64,000 nt of DNA from contig NC_069001.1 in assembly GCF_001194135.2 (NCBI RefSeq), positions 20,384,452 to 20,448,451 of the forward strand, read 5' to 3'. The number at the start of each line of letters is the position of its first letter. Position 1 is the stretch's first letter. Positions 13,055 through 26,206 of this stretch are shown piece after piece. The DNA comes from Octopus bimaculoides (taxonomy: Eukaryota). The notes beneath the pieces are model-generated. The model did no database searches. It saw nothing but the letters and a program-made list of their open reading frames with translations, and was not told the origin of the DNA. The translations under genes and the position numbers were made by a program.

Positions 13055-14320
13055 TGTTGTATAGTGAACTGTGTACCCCTCCCAGTAAAAAGTGGTAGAA
13101 ACCAGCCATTATAAATAGACCAGTACCAGTCGCCAAGAAGGGATCGAGAGTTGAGAGTCAACAGTTCTAGTCAGTGTCTTTTGGAGCTATCAGCAATAGT
13201 AAGACAGAAGAAGTTAGTGTATTACTATTCCGGTTCGAAGAGATACATCTGTATCTGATGACTAGTAACTATTGTGGCTAATAGTGTAAAGCAGCAACTA
13301 CAGTACAACAGTAGTCACACATCATGCCAGTGGGAGGAACCCACTTTACGCAGAGGTGACAAGGAAAAACAAATTTACATGGAGTGGAAAAAGAACATTC
13401 ACACAGAGAGTTTAAACGAATTCACATGGAACATAAAACTATAGCACCATATCACCCTAGATTGAATAGAAGGGCTGAATGGCTCATGGACACTTTTAAG
13501 TGAGCTTTAAAGAAAGCTAATAAGAAAGCCATGGACGAGGTCGTGATCCAATAATTCTTAAGAGTGTACAGGGTAACTCCGAACCCAAATATGTGAGAAG
13601 GAAGTTCACCAGCAGAATTAATGTTTGCCAGAAAGGTGAAATCAGTATTCAATAAACTGTTACCAGTAAGGATGTACAAAATTGGCAAGCAATACTGAAA
13701 AGAAGGAGAAATTGTAACATATATAGGAAGAATGATGTATGGTGTAAGAAGCAGAAATGGTATGGAAAGGAGACATAGAAATCAGTTTCAGGAAAGAGTC
13801 ATAGAAAAGGAACCAACAAGAGTAGAAATACCGATGGATTGGCTATATGACACTTTTCAGGTTCCAAGACTGTTACAAGAAGTCAAAACCACACGTGCAA
13901 GAAAAAGGAAGCACACTGAATTCCTAAAACTAGACCCTAAGAAGAAAAGATATTGAATATATAAAGAAAAAGGAGGAGGTGGGGTGAATAAAAGAAATTG
14001 ATTGTTAAATAAAATAAGGGAGATGTTGTATTGTGAAACTATACCCCTCCCAGTAAAAAGTGGTAGGACCAGCCATTATAAATAGACCAGTAACTAGTCG
14101 TCAAGAGGGGATTGAGATTCGAAGAGATGAAAGTCAACAGTTCTAGTCAGTGTCTTGTGGAGCTATCAGCGATAGTAAGACAGAAAAAGTTAACGTATTA
14201 CTATTCTGGTATGGAGAGATACAACGATATCTAATGACTAGTGGCTACTAGTGTAAACCAGCAACTACAGTACAATGGCAGTCATACATCACATCAGTGG
14301 GAGGAACCCACTTTACAATA
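13055..14320 (+). mobile_element. Internally deleted Ty3/gypsy element: two ~297 bp LTRs (13055-13352, 14024-14320) around an integrase C-terminal remnant
   Basis: LTRs start TGTTGT; PPT AAAATAAGGGAGA precedes the 3' LTR; 5-bp TSD CATTT at 13050-13054 and 14321-14325; internal APYHPRLNRRAE integrase motif. Confidence 0.9.
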
Positions 14321-14911
14321 CATTTGTAATTCTGATACTGATTATCATGCAGTCCACTAGAATTGTGACATCACTTATCATTATGCTAATAATAAGCATT
14401 TGCACTGGTTCTGTTTCACTTCTATTGTACTTATTTGGTTACTCAATCAATCAGTTATGTCGGTCAATGGTTTTCCTTTCACATTTCTAACCTCTTCGTA
14501 AACTCAGTACTCCAGGTCAATTTTGTATCTTGACTGTCTCACCTTTTTCATTCTTTTACATAGTTGAATGAATGTGAGTGAGAATGTGAGAGGGGGTAGG
14601 AAAGAGAGAAAGAGAGAGAGAAAGAAAGTGTGTGTGTGTGTGTGTGTGTGCGAGCATGCTCATGTGTGTTCATGCATGTGTATGCTCTGGCAAGTGTGTG
14701 TGTGTGTGTGTGTATGCAGATGCATGTTTGTGTAGTATAGTTGATTCTGTAAGTTTTTTAGAGAGAACCTGTGGGTGTGTCTCTACATGTTTGTGTGTGA
14801 ATGTGTATGTGCACACATGTGTATGGCATGGGGTTGTGAAATGTATAGATGGTAAAATATTTATCATTTATTTCTTTATATCTTTAGCTTATAGCTCTGT
14901 CTTTTTGACTA

Positions 14912-14949
<38 letters not shown>

Positions 14950-15602
14950 ACATGAGTGAGTGTCAATGCATGTATGTGTATATATTGTCCAGCTGTGTTA
15001 CTCATGGAATGGTATGGACTGAATTACAATTTAATGAAATTTCATCTTTTATTCTGGTAACTCAAAGAAATAAGAAGTTTGAGGCCTGATCAATTACATT
15101 TTTCCCACACATGCACAATAAACACAAATGTTTGTTTAACTAGTGTATTGTCTACATTTTGAAATATCTATTTTTTTTTAAGTGATGGTTTTTATTCATT
15201 TATTCATATAATCTATCAGGTCTATCATATAGGTGTGTCATGGATGTATTGAAAGCACATTGGTGCCTATGTTATTCAGCATGCCCTCATATTTGTCCTT
15301 AGCATGTTGATAGGGTACCAATGTAGGTTTCTTATAGCATTCTATACTCCTGACAGTCATACCAATATATGCTGTGGTTCAGTTTCTTCATTTGCCCTCC
15401 ATATGTCTTATATGAGAAACTACATTTTTCATTTTACAGTTGGCCCTACTGTTTGTTTTACACACAAAACAATTCCTATTTGTATATGTGGTCCTATTAA
15501 AGAGGTATCTTCTTATCTGTGACCTGACTGATTTCACTGGTTCTAAGCTTAGTGTCACTTAGAGCATTCCTAATTCTATGGGCTAATCCTCCTTTTGGTT
15601 TA

Positions 15603-18600
15603 TTTCATATCCTTGGTTGTGGATATATGATTTAAACAAAGTGGGGGTAAGGCAATGTATTTACAGACATAACTTCTGACTACCAGCACACAAGACTCCT
15701 TGTCTCAACAAGACATGTTACTCTTTATAACATTCAACAAGTCCACTTTTTAATCACACAGGGGTGTTAATGTCTATTACCACAACATCTCCCCTTTTGA
15801 GAATGACTTCCATTGGAAATGAATTTTTTTTTCACACCACATCTCACTTCAATTCTGTATGTTTTCTTTTTCTTATACTGATACACCTTGATTCGATGAT
15901 TTATTGCAGACTCAGCACTGTAGAGAACTTCCATTTCTGTGCACTCTAAAAAACAACTTATCACCAGTTTTTAAATACTTGGTTGTATTTTGAGTGTTTT
16001 CCCTGGTTTTTATTTATCTTCCAGGTAATAATTTGTCAAAAACAGACCTAAGTTTTCTTGCAAACATCAGTTCAGCAGGTGACATGCCTGAAGGGGTATT
16101 TGGGTTTGGTATTACATGGTAAACTCTCAGGAATTGTTGCAATGCTACATCATCCACTACCTCATTTCTGGATTTCCTTAGTGCCATTTTGAACGGGTCC
16201 ATAAATCATTGTCTGTTCAATCTTGGGTGATATGGAGGAATAGTGGTATGTTCAATTGAGAACATCGTGCAAAATTTCTTAAATTTTCTCACAATAAATT
16301 GTGTAGCATTACCAGTCCGGAATACCACACCTTGCAAAAAGTTTGTGTAGGTTGGTTTTCTACATTTACACATTTCTGGCCATTTTATAAAGCTATGTAC
16401 CACTATTAGATATGATCCATTTAATGGTCCTGCAAAGTCTATGTGTAGCCTGGTCCATGGAATATCGGCCTTGGGCCAAGGTTGAAATTTTGTAGGTGGT
16501 GATTTCGCTACAAGAGCATAACTTCTGCAGGATTTTACCAACTTCTCAATATTTAGATCTATTTTCAGCCAGTAAACATAATTCCTCATAAGTGACTTCA
16601 TCCTAGAAATTCCTGGATGTCCAATGTGGAATTTCTTTAACATTAGATTTTGTAGTGAGACAGGCATTACGACCTTCTGTGCATGTGTAAGCACATTATC
16701 ACATATCAGATACAAATTTGAAACTGCTATGGCCAGCAACATGTATTTTTTTTTTTTTGTTTCTTCTCACTATTTTTTTCATTTTCATGATAAAATTGTC
16801 TGTCTCTGCAATTCACACGCAACGTTGCACAATATACTTTTTATTTCCTTTTCAGCTCTTAACATTGCTATCACTGTGTCTTCTAGTGGTCCACTGTATT
16901 TTAGTATTAACTTTGACAACCCATCTGCATGTCTCAGTTGTTTAGATGACAAATACTCCATCTTGAAATCATAATTCAATAGGATCATTCCCCAGCACTG
17001 AAATTTGATGGCTGTATGTGTGGGAATACCCTTTTTTGATCCATATATCAACAGTAATGGGCAGTGGTCTGTCTGCAAATGGAATCTTCTGTCATGTATA
17101 AATTCATGGAATTTCTTTACTGCCAATATAGTGGGTGATGTTTCCTTCTCTATTTGACTGTAACTTTTCTCAGCCAGCTATAAGGAATGCAAAGCATGAG
17201 CTAAATTCGGATCAAAATGTGATAACAATTTCGGTGTTAAGATGTTTTTAATTTCTACAAAATCTTTTTGGCACTTGTCCAGTCAGTTCCCCTTAATGTC
17301 TTTTTTTAACAAGTTATTCAAGGGTGCTTTCACATCATACATATTTGGTATGTATACCTGGTAGTAATTTGCGAGCTCCAAAAATGCTTGTAACATTGTA
17401 ATGTTTGTCGGAGGTAGCATATTTTTTATTTGCACTCACCCTTGGTGGGTCTGGCCTACATCCATGTTCACTGATAATCTGCCCTAGATATTTTATTCTT
17501 GGCATAAAAAATCTACACTTTTCATTGCTGAGCTTAAGCCCATAATCTTTTTTTTTTTTTGAAGACTGTTTATGAGTATTGCAAAATCCGAACCTCCGAG
17601 CATAGTGCCTATAACTTGTTAGAAAATACCTGGTGCTACCTTTATATCAAAAGGAAGTCATTTAAATTTATGCAGTCCTTTATAGGTATTTATCATTAGT
17701 AATTTTGAACATTCCTCATCAATTTGTACCTGCAGGTATGCTTCAGATAAGTCCAACTTTGAAAACAATTTTCCTTCATTCAAATTCGTGAAAATTTCTT
17801 TCAGACTTGGTAATGGGTAATTATATAACATCAAATATTCATTTAACCCTGTTGAAAAATCAGCACACAGAGATTTTTTTTCTTCTTGACATAAACTATT
17901 AGGGATGCCCATTCAGCATAATCAATTTTTTCAATAACCCCCACTTGCTTCAACATTGCAAAAGGTACAGTTCTTTTTGGTTTAAATACCAGTATAGAAT
18001 TTTCTTTTACTTGAAACTTTGCCTTTGTTTTTGGTGCAAAGACCTAATTCATCAGAAAAATCTTCAGGAAAAATTTTTTAAAATTCTTTTTTTTATTCTT
18101 CCGACACCTTATTTGTACTGGCGGAAGAACTATTCCCATTGTTACAAAAAAAATTATGGAGAGGTCCCAAAAGTTAGATAATTCCATCTAGTCTGTTCCA
18201 AACAAATTTGTTTTATTATTCAGCACAAAAACTTTGGCTTTTAAGGTTTTTCCACAAAATTTATCTGTGTTAATTATCATGATGTCACTGCCTGTATCCA
18301 ATTGTAACTTGCTATTCACATTATTCATTTTTATGAACACTGATTTTCTTTTCTGAGCCTTGCTTAGATTTTCTGTCAACAATACTTTCTTGCCTGAATA
18401 TTTTTCGTTTGACTGTCTTTTTTTTTTTGCTCTATAATGTGAACTTTTATGTCTGATTTATCCACGCTCAAAACATTTAAGATTTTTAAAAGGATAGCTA
18501 CGTTTAAAATGTAAGCCTCCACACCCATAGCATGAACTGGATCTTGGCATTTGTTTTTCTTTTCTTTTATCCACCACAGATCATCATGCATGAATATGAG

Positions 18601-19546
18601 ACCGATCCTTCTCTTCAATCCTATCCATGTCATGTCTTAAATTTATAATCTTCTGACACTGCTTGTAGAGTTAATTTTTGGTCCTGTCCTAATTTTGTTA
18701 ATATTCAGGAATGTATATCTGCATCTTTGCTTGCAGGTATCCTTTGAACAAAAATTAGACATTTGAACATGTCCAGGGTTTATTCATTTAATCTGAATTT
18801 TTCAGTTTCTCTATTTACAACCCCAGCATAGGTGATGAAATCGTCATCATCTTTTTTTACCAAATTTAAACACTGCTTGCGAGTACTGAACAGGGAACTT
18901 CTTTCATTGAAAATTTTCGATAAAATGTTAATTGTTCCATTAAAACAAATCCCACTTGGTTTCTTCAGTAGAATATAATTACAATATTTTTTATGTTCAG
19001 CAAAGATGATATTTTTAAAAGTAGTCTCACTTTTTTCTCGCCAGTCTAATTGCTACATTCTTCTTTGAAGATTTCTTCATATCTTCCAAAATATGCAGAG
19101 AAAGTAACACCTTTTTCTGGATTATAAACAAACTCTCCACTGAATAACCCTGAAGTACTGTTAGACTTCTTCAGCATTAATTTCAGCAACTGTTGCTGTT
19201 GTTGTTGCTGCAGCTGCTATTACTGCTGCAGCTGCTATTACTGCTGCACCACATGAACCAATAAATCCTCCATGTTAACGATCTTTTTTCTTTGGTTTTG
19301 TACCAAAAAATTTGACTGTGCGACGCAAACTTTAAATATCTTGTCGCCACTTTGATATCTTTGGTTGTGGATATATGATTTTAAAGAAGCAAGGGTAAAA
19401 CAATGTATTCACTGGCATAACGTCTGACTATCAACATGTGAGACTCTAATGCCTTCCTTGTCTCAACAAGACACGTTACTCTTTATAAGAGTTCAATGAG
19501 TTCACCTTTTAATCACACAGGGGTGTTAACGTCTATCACCACAACA
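15603..19546 (-). mobile_element. Degenerate Ty3/gypsy LTR retrotransposon (gag, protease, partial RT, RNase H, integrase)
   Basis: LTRs at 15603-15787 and 19351-19546; PBS TGGCGACAAG and PPT AAAAGGGGAGA on the minus strand; TSD GTTTA (15598-15602, 19547-19551); LDTGSDI protease, FSKLDLSEAYLQ RT, HIDFAGP and PYHP integrase. Confidence 0.92.
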
Positions 19547-19869
19547 GTTTACTATCTATAAACATCACACTTTGAAACTTGTAATTGTTGTACTGTGTTT
19601 ACTTTGTCAACCTTCATACGAATCTTTCACAGCCTATTCCATAGTTTATTATATCTAGAGCAAGACTTATTTGTATCAAAAGGTTAAAGAGAAAAAATTA
19701 GAAGCGATAAAAATGCATTTTATCTTAAGAAAGAAAGAATAAAGCACTTGATTTGCACTGTGAATATATTATGAATCTTGAAATAATTGAAGACATAAGC
19801 ATTAAACCAAAATTCTCAAGATAAAAATGGTAATATCTAATGTTCTACAGAGGAAAAAGACAGTGAAAT

Positions 19870-20105
19870 TTACACTCAAAGAAGCCAGTAAAGGTAATGC
19901 TGTTGTTATCACGGATACAGATTATTATAAAGATATTGCTAGAAAATAATAACTAAAAAACAAAACTATAAACAATAAAAATGCTAGGAAATCTAACAAC
20001 TTTATTGAATATGTACCACAGCTGTTTGACACTAATGAATTTGACTATATGCAACCTCATATTCAAAGCCAACAATTTCTATAGCCTACCTAAAATACCC
20101 AAAGC
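19870..20105 (+). mobile_element. Penelope-like reverse transcriptase N-terminal fragment
   Basis: ASKGNAVVITDTDYY and FYSLPKIPK resemble PLE ADKGNAVVIM..Y and FYGLPKIHK. Confidence 0.65.
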
Positions 20106-20149
<44 letters not shown>

Positions 20150-20416
20150 AAATAATAAGGGAGACAAATTGAATATAAATTTGATTAATATCAATTTAAA
20201 ACCAGTGGCCTGGCATATTGAAAAAATCTGAAGATTCAGAAAAATTATATTACATACATATAATAGGGACGAGCACTAAGTGGACATCCATTATGCTAGA
20301 AGTAGATCACCTACGATCTGACCACTAAGAAAAGATTGTTCTCAAGAAAATTCAGCAAATACTAGAATGTAAGCGAGCAAGACAAATGAAAATATACAAA
20401 ATATAAAGAATTAATT

Positions 20417-20476
20417 GTAGACCGGTTTTGCTATTAATGAAAATTACTTACGTAAAAGTCCGTAGCTCATCAGTAC
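20417..20476 (-). ncRNA. Degenerate minimal type I hammerhead ribozyme (G12>A)
   Basis: Minus strand reads cgta-CTGATGA-gcta...tagc-AAAA-ccgg-TC-tac. Stems I and II pair and stem III is the palindrome ACCGGT, but GAAA is mutated to AAAA. Confidence 0.5.
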
Positions 20477-20527
20477 GATCATTCTTTTCAAATTATATTG
20501 AAAAGAATGATCGTACTGATGAGCTAC
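20462..20527. repeat. Perfect 30-bp inverted repeat with a 6-nt loop
   Basis: GTAGCTCATCAGTACGATCATTCTTTTCAA-attata-TTGAAAAGAATGATCGTACTGATGAGCTAC; extends 4 more bp after one mismatch. Confidence 0.97.
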
Positions 20528-21517
20528 AGACTATTACCCATCTTATGTTGTTTTTTCTTATTTCATCTTAAGTATGTTTATGTTTGTATGTGGGTTTATG
20601 TATTATACTGTTTGTATATGTGTCTTTTTTTCCTCTCATTGTCTTCAGTCTAAAGACAATGAGAAAAAAAAAGACAGATACACACAGTATAATACATAAA
20701 CCCATATACTCACACATATACACACTGAAGATGGAATGAGAAAAAACAGAGAAATAAGTACGTAAATAAATTAATAAAAAAAATAAAAGACACATATACA
20801 AACAGTATAGTAAGCAAACACACACACTAACCACATAGATATGTGCACACACACACACAGATACAGATACGAGTACATGTGTAGATAAGGATACACACCA
20901 CAGAAAGACAGAATGGACTAAACAGAACAGGAAGAGATATGTGAGTCACTGAAGAGGTTACACAATGTGACAAAAGATTTCAGACAAATGACACTAAAAT
21001 AAGAATAATAAAGCTAAAGTGTAGAATGAGTATATAGTGCATGTGGTTAATTGGTAAAGAAAAAAAGGTCCTGAAATACAACAATATCTTTTATCTTTTT
21101 TGGTCTTTTACTGTTTCTGTTACTTGACTGCAACCATGCTGGGGCACCATCACGAAGGGTTTGAGTTGAAGAAATCAACCTCAGGACTTATTTTTTTATA
21201 GCCTAGTACTGCTAATTTACAGGGACGTGAACATACCAACATCAGTTGTCAAGTGATAGTGGGGGACAAACACAGACATAAACGCACACACATAAATATA
21301 TATATATATCTCATCACCATCATTTAACATCCATTTTCCATGTTGGTATGGACTGGATGGTTTGACATAGAGTTGGCCAGCCGGGAAGCTGTCCAGACTC
21401 CAATTGTCTGTTGTGGCATGGTTTCTATGGCTGGATGCCCTTCCTAATGCCAACCACTTTACAGAGTGAGCTTAGCACAATTTTTTTTTCTCCGTGTTTT
21501 TCTCCTTGTCTCCGTAT

Positions 21518-21554
21518 TCTTTCTGTTGAAGAGCGTAGCTCGAAACGTCAAAGA
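21518..21554 (+). ncRNA. Minimal type I hammerhead ribozyme motif (core variant CUGUUGA)
   Basis: tcttt-CTGTTGA-a-gagc-gta-gctc-GAAA-cg-TC-aaaga: 5-bp stem I, 4-bp stem II, palindromic ACGT stem III, GUC triplet. Confidence 0.7.
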
Positions 21555-21642
21555 CTTTCCGTATTCCCGAGCGTCATACTAATATATACTTTTGTTATTT
21601 ACACCACCTGTCCTCGTCTGTTGTTATTATTTGTATATTCTC

Positions 21643-21677
<35 letters not shown>

Positions 21678-21752
21678 CATTTTCAAAATATAACCACATG
21701 TGATTGGCGATTTTTTTTTCTTCCATCTACCTTTTCTATTGGACTTTTCTCT

Positions 21753-21787
21753 GTTTCTGAAGAAGAGCTTTGCTCGAAACGTTAAAC
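21753..21787 (+). ncRNA. Minimal type I hammerhead ribozyme motif (core CUGAAGA)
   Basis: gttt-CTGAAGA-a-gagc-ttt-gctc-GAAA-cg-TT-aaac: 4-bp stem I, 4-bp stem II, palindromic AACGTT stem III. Confidence 0.75.
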
Positions 21788-21925
21788 CATCTTTCTTTCC
21801 TTCCCCAAGTGTCTGCTAATACTTTACATGTATCATGTCCTCACATTATTGTTTTTGTGTGTTTGTTCTACGTTTATATATATATATATATTTGTATTAT
21901 ATATATATATATATATACATATATA

Positions 21926-24900
21926 TCTTATCTACAAAAGGCAGATTTTCTCTGTGTGTATGCATGCTTAAAATTTATACATTTACACAATTCCAAATTT
22001 TGTGGATGAAAAAATCGGAATTAATATTCTAAATACCATAACGTACGATCGTTCCTTCGGTCAAAATAACTACCAATTTTGAAATAAATCGAGAAAACTA
22101 TGTACATAACCATTTTCCCCTCTACTACAATCTAATTCCCTCTTTCTGTTACCATTACAAATCGTTTCAACTGCTACTTTCTCTTATGAACGTTTATGAA
22201 CGATCCAAGAAAAAAGACAGAACGAAAGGAAGGAGAAAGACTGAGAGTCAAATAAACCGACACATTTCCAATACATATGTAACTATAGTTACATATGACC
22301 TCATTCTAATTGGTGTAAATTGTAAGTTCACTTCCCATTTCTAACACCATCCTTCACCAAGATAGCAAAAAAAAAAATTGCGACACATCTTTTTCAAATG
22401 CGATTGACAAACTTTTATTCCCTACAAATTGTGAGGTTTTAGCATATATATACACAGACAATACATACGTATCTACAAATACACACATACATACAAATAA
22501 ACACATACATACAAATACCTATCAGTCTCTTCCAGATACGAATGACAGTCAAACATTTATTCCCTACAAACTGTGAGATTCTTGAAAATCTTTTTTAAAA
22601 CATTTACTTACTACCATATATATATACACAGAATACACACTAATACATACATACATACAAATACACACATACATACTAATACCTGTCAGTTTTTTTTTAT
22701 TTATTTGCCGTTTCTTATCACCTTTTCCCCCTTCCATTTTATGCATACTTTCCAAGACAATTTCTCTGTACTTTCACCCTTTCTTTCGGACATTCAATAC
22801 CACCGAAAAAGACAAGTTGCCTCAGTTGCCATACCGTATCAGCACTGGTGCTAAAGGCGATTAGAGCAAACGAGTGCTCAGACCAAACAGCTTTTAGACT
22901 TTTACAGAGTGCCTTACGTGTAGCGCAATGCCGAGCTGCGGAAAGTTTCCAACAGCACACCGTACGCTTAGCCAAAATGGCTTCATACAATGCTGCTTCC
23001 AGGGCTATGGAGGGCCCGGAACAAAGGGCGACTCACCTGGTTAGAAACCCTGCTGCTAATGCTGCTTCCAGGGCTTCAGAGGGTCAGGAACAAAGGGCCA
23101 CTCGACTGGCTACAAACACTGCGGTTACTGCTGCTTCCAGGTCTTCCGAACGTTTGGAACAATGGACGACTCGCCTTGCTAGGAATGCTGTGGTTATGAT
23201 TGCTTCCATAGCTTCTGAAGATGCAGATGAGTGGTCCATCACCATTGCAAATGTGGCTTCTGCTACTGCTGCGAGACCTTCCCACGACCAACACCAGCTT
23301 TGTTCTATGTTGCAGCGGAACAGTCGATGGCGAGAAGCTGCCTGCGGTGTGACAAGTACCAACAGCCATTACTGGCACCTACGGGCTTTTAAGTATGAGC
23401 CAAACTTTAATTACTCCATCTGCGCTGACATAAATATAGAGGAAATGTGCTTCAATTGCCAATTCTGTAATGCTACAAAGTGGGTTGGGGAGCCACCTGG
23501 AATGTGCTGCTTAAACGGTAAGGTCAGCTTGCCCCTTCTTCCAGAACCGCCACAGCCTTTGAAGGAACTACTTACTGGTTCTACCTCAAGGTCATCAAAA
23601 TTCCTTCAAATCATCAGAAATTACAATTGTGCATTTCAGATGTCTTCTTTCGGGGATAACGTTGTCACAGACAGTAGTTGGGTGCCTACTTTCAAGGTCT
23701 AGGGACAGTTGTACCATCTTATTGGGTTGCTCCAGCCTCTACAAAATTGCAAGCCTTCGTTCCTCCAAATTTACTTCATTTCCAACTATAGTAGGCAACT
23801 TGATGTGTGGTTCGGTGTTATTCCACCACCTGCAAACACTGTCGCTGACACTTTTGACAGGGACGTTCTACTCAGTCTGCAAAACATGCTTCATGAGCAC
23901 AACAGCTATATTCGCAGTTTCAAATATGCCTTGCAAACAGCCCCTTCACCAAAATTCACCATTGTCATTGATGCTGACAAAAGACCTTCTGGGGAGCATA
24001 CACACCGTTATAACGCTCTTTCGTGCAATGAACTGGCTGTACTTCTCCAAGGTGAATAGCACAATAAGCGAGACATACTTATTCATAGCCGTGACGGTTG
24101 TCTTCAACTAGAGCTGATACAGTATGTGCGTGTCTTAAGTCATCCGCATTGTGGCCTCTGGTGAAGACTCTCAAACTTAAGACTAACATGTGTGCTCATA
24201 TGCGAGGTGACATAGTATCAGCAGAATTTTCTCACACCCTCCTTGCACTTGGCGAAGACAAAACTCCCTGTGACAAAAAGGGTAATGTTGCCATCGATTC
24301 ACTTTGTACCATTGTTAATATGCCTTCTGATTTCACTGATGCAGTTTTCCCAGATCTCCAAGCAAATTATCATAATATGGATTGGATTGGCCAAAGGGCT
24401 ATTCTGGCCCCGAAGAATAAAACTGTTAACCATATTAATGATCAAATGCTAAAACTCATTCCTGGGGATTGCTATATATATAAGTCTATTGATAGAACTC
24501 CTGATCCTGAGGACGTCATCAACTATCCAATAGAAGTACTAAATTCCTTTGAGCCCCCTGGACTACTCTAACACATTCTGAAACTTAAAGTTGGTGCCCC
24601 TATAATGCTCATTTGAAATTTGGTTCCACTGAAACAATGCAATGGGACACGTTTGATCATTAAGTCCTTATCTCCCAATCTAATCGAGGCCACAATAATC
24701 ACAGGGTGCGGTCAAGGCATTTTTTCCCATCAGGAGCAGACCTACCTCTCACATTTCGAAGGTCCCAGTTCCCAGTCAGGCCATGCTTCGCAATGTCAAT
24801 TAACAAAGCACAGGGGCAAATACATTTGGGGGAGCCGTGTTTCTCTCATGGTCAGCTTTAGATTGGCTGCTTGCGTGTGGGCAGCAAGAGTGATACTTTC

Positions 24901-26206
24901 GCGTTCGTTCCACAAGGAAAAACAAAAGACATTGTGTACAGGGAGGTTTTATAGGATTACTTCACTTCCTAATTTTATAACGTTTTCAAATTTAAAAAAA
25001 ATTTTTGCCTTTTCGTCAGTAATTTCTAAGTAGGTGTAGGTTAATATTCATTGCAGTGCACTTAACACTCCCAACCATCAGCTGTAAAAAGACTGATTCT
25101 TGCGGCGTTACAAAGCTTCATTACAAATCAGACCCTGCTCAAAAATCAGCTGTTCTTCCTCACCAACCCCCATTCGGCGGGCATCGGAAGACCTTGGACG
25201 CATTACTATTTCACTTCCGTACGACTCTCAATGGGTCAACAATGCTTTTATGACATTTAAATTTTTAGGCGGTTCCCTACAATTACTTCACACTGCACCA
25301 ATGCCTGGCCTCCACTCAGCTCTATTTCCCTCCCTTCGTCAGCACAGCAGCCTCATCTTCTACATCCGACGTACATGAAACATCTCTCCCCTTCCATCTC
25401 CGCTCTCAACATTACAGTTTACATCAGCGGCAACAGGATCGCAACATACAATTTGAAAACCAAGCAACATATTCTATGCAACAACAAATGGAATCATAAC
25501 GACAAACAATGAAACAAATGGATAAAAATAATTACATGAAGTAACTATCTCTTACACGCCATTACAATTTACATCAAATAACAAAACTTCAAAAGTCGAT
25601 AAAACTAAATACATACATCCTCTCTCTCACCATTATATTTTACACCATTATATTTTACATCAAATACAAAATATTCAAAAGTAACAGGTCATTTTACACA
25701 TCTCCATGACAGAGGTGTTGTGATTCATCTATTCAGCACCACTACACTCTTGCCTGTCAGACATATGGTGAGTAGATGCTATTGTTGTATATTTTCAAAC
25801 TTACCCGTATTTACTTACCCATGATTAATCTCCCTCTTTCCTCCATAGGGCATCTATTCTGTATTCACAGAGCATGAAGTTTTGTAATAGTATGTCCGCT
25901 GCCATTGGTGGAAAAGGAAGATGCTGTATTCGCCTGCAAACATTTTACACACCCTTCCAGGACTACTTACCAAATTGTTACAACTGTGAAAACGATAACA
26001 CAGCCTTTTCAGGGCCACCTCACATTCTGTTGTTACCCCTTCGTAGAGTGTTGCAATGCTCTTTGCAGGGCTTTCTATCCAGTTGCAAATCGATTGGTTG
26101 GGCGTTAACTTCTGTCAATCTTTGCCTTAATAATCATAATTGAGTAGAATCATTAAGAGTACTTTAACGCAATTCAGCCCTGAGCAACGCCGGGCACTTC
26201 TGCTAG
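21926..26206 (+). mobile_element. Helitron, internally deleted and non-autonomous, with both termini
   Basis: 5' A|TC at 21925/21926; subterminal hairpin GCCC...GGGC (26177-26195) then CTAG|T. RepHel fragments: CQFCNATKWVGEPPGMCC, RNYNCAFQMSSFG, RAILAPKN, LKVGAPIML, CNGTRL. Rep catalytic motifs and helicase motifs I-II are missing at a junction near 24110. Confidence 0.92.
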
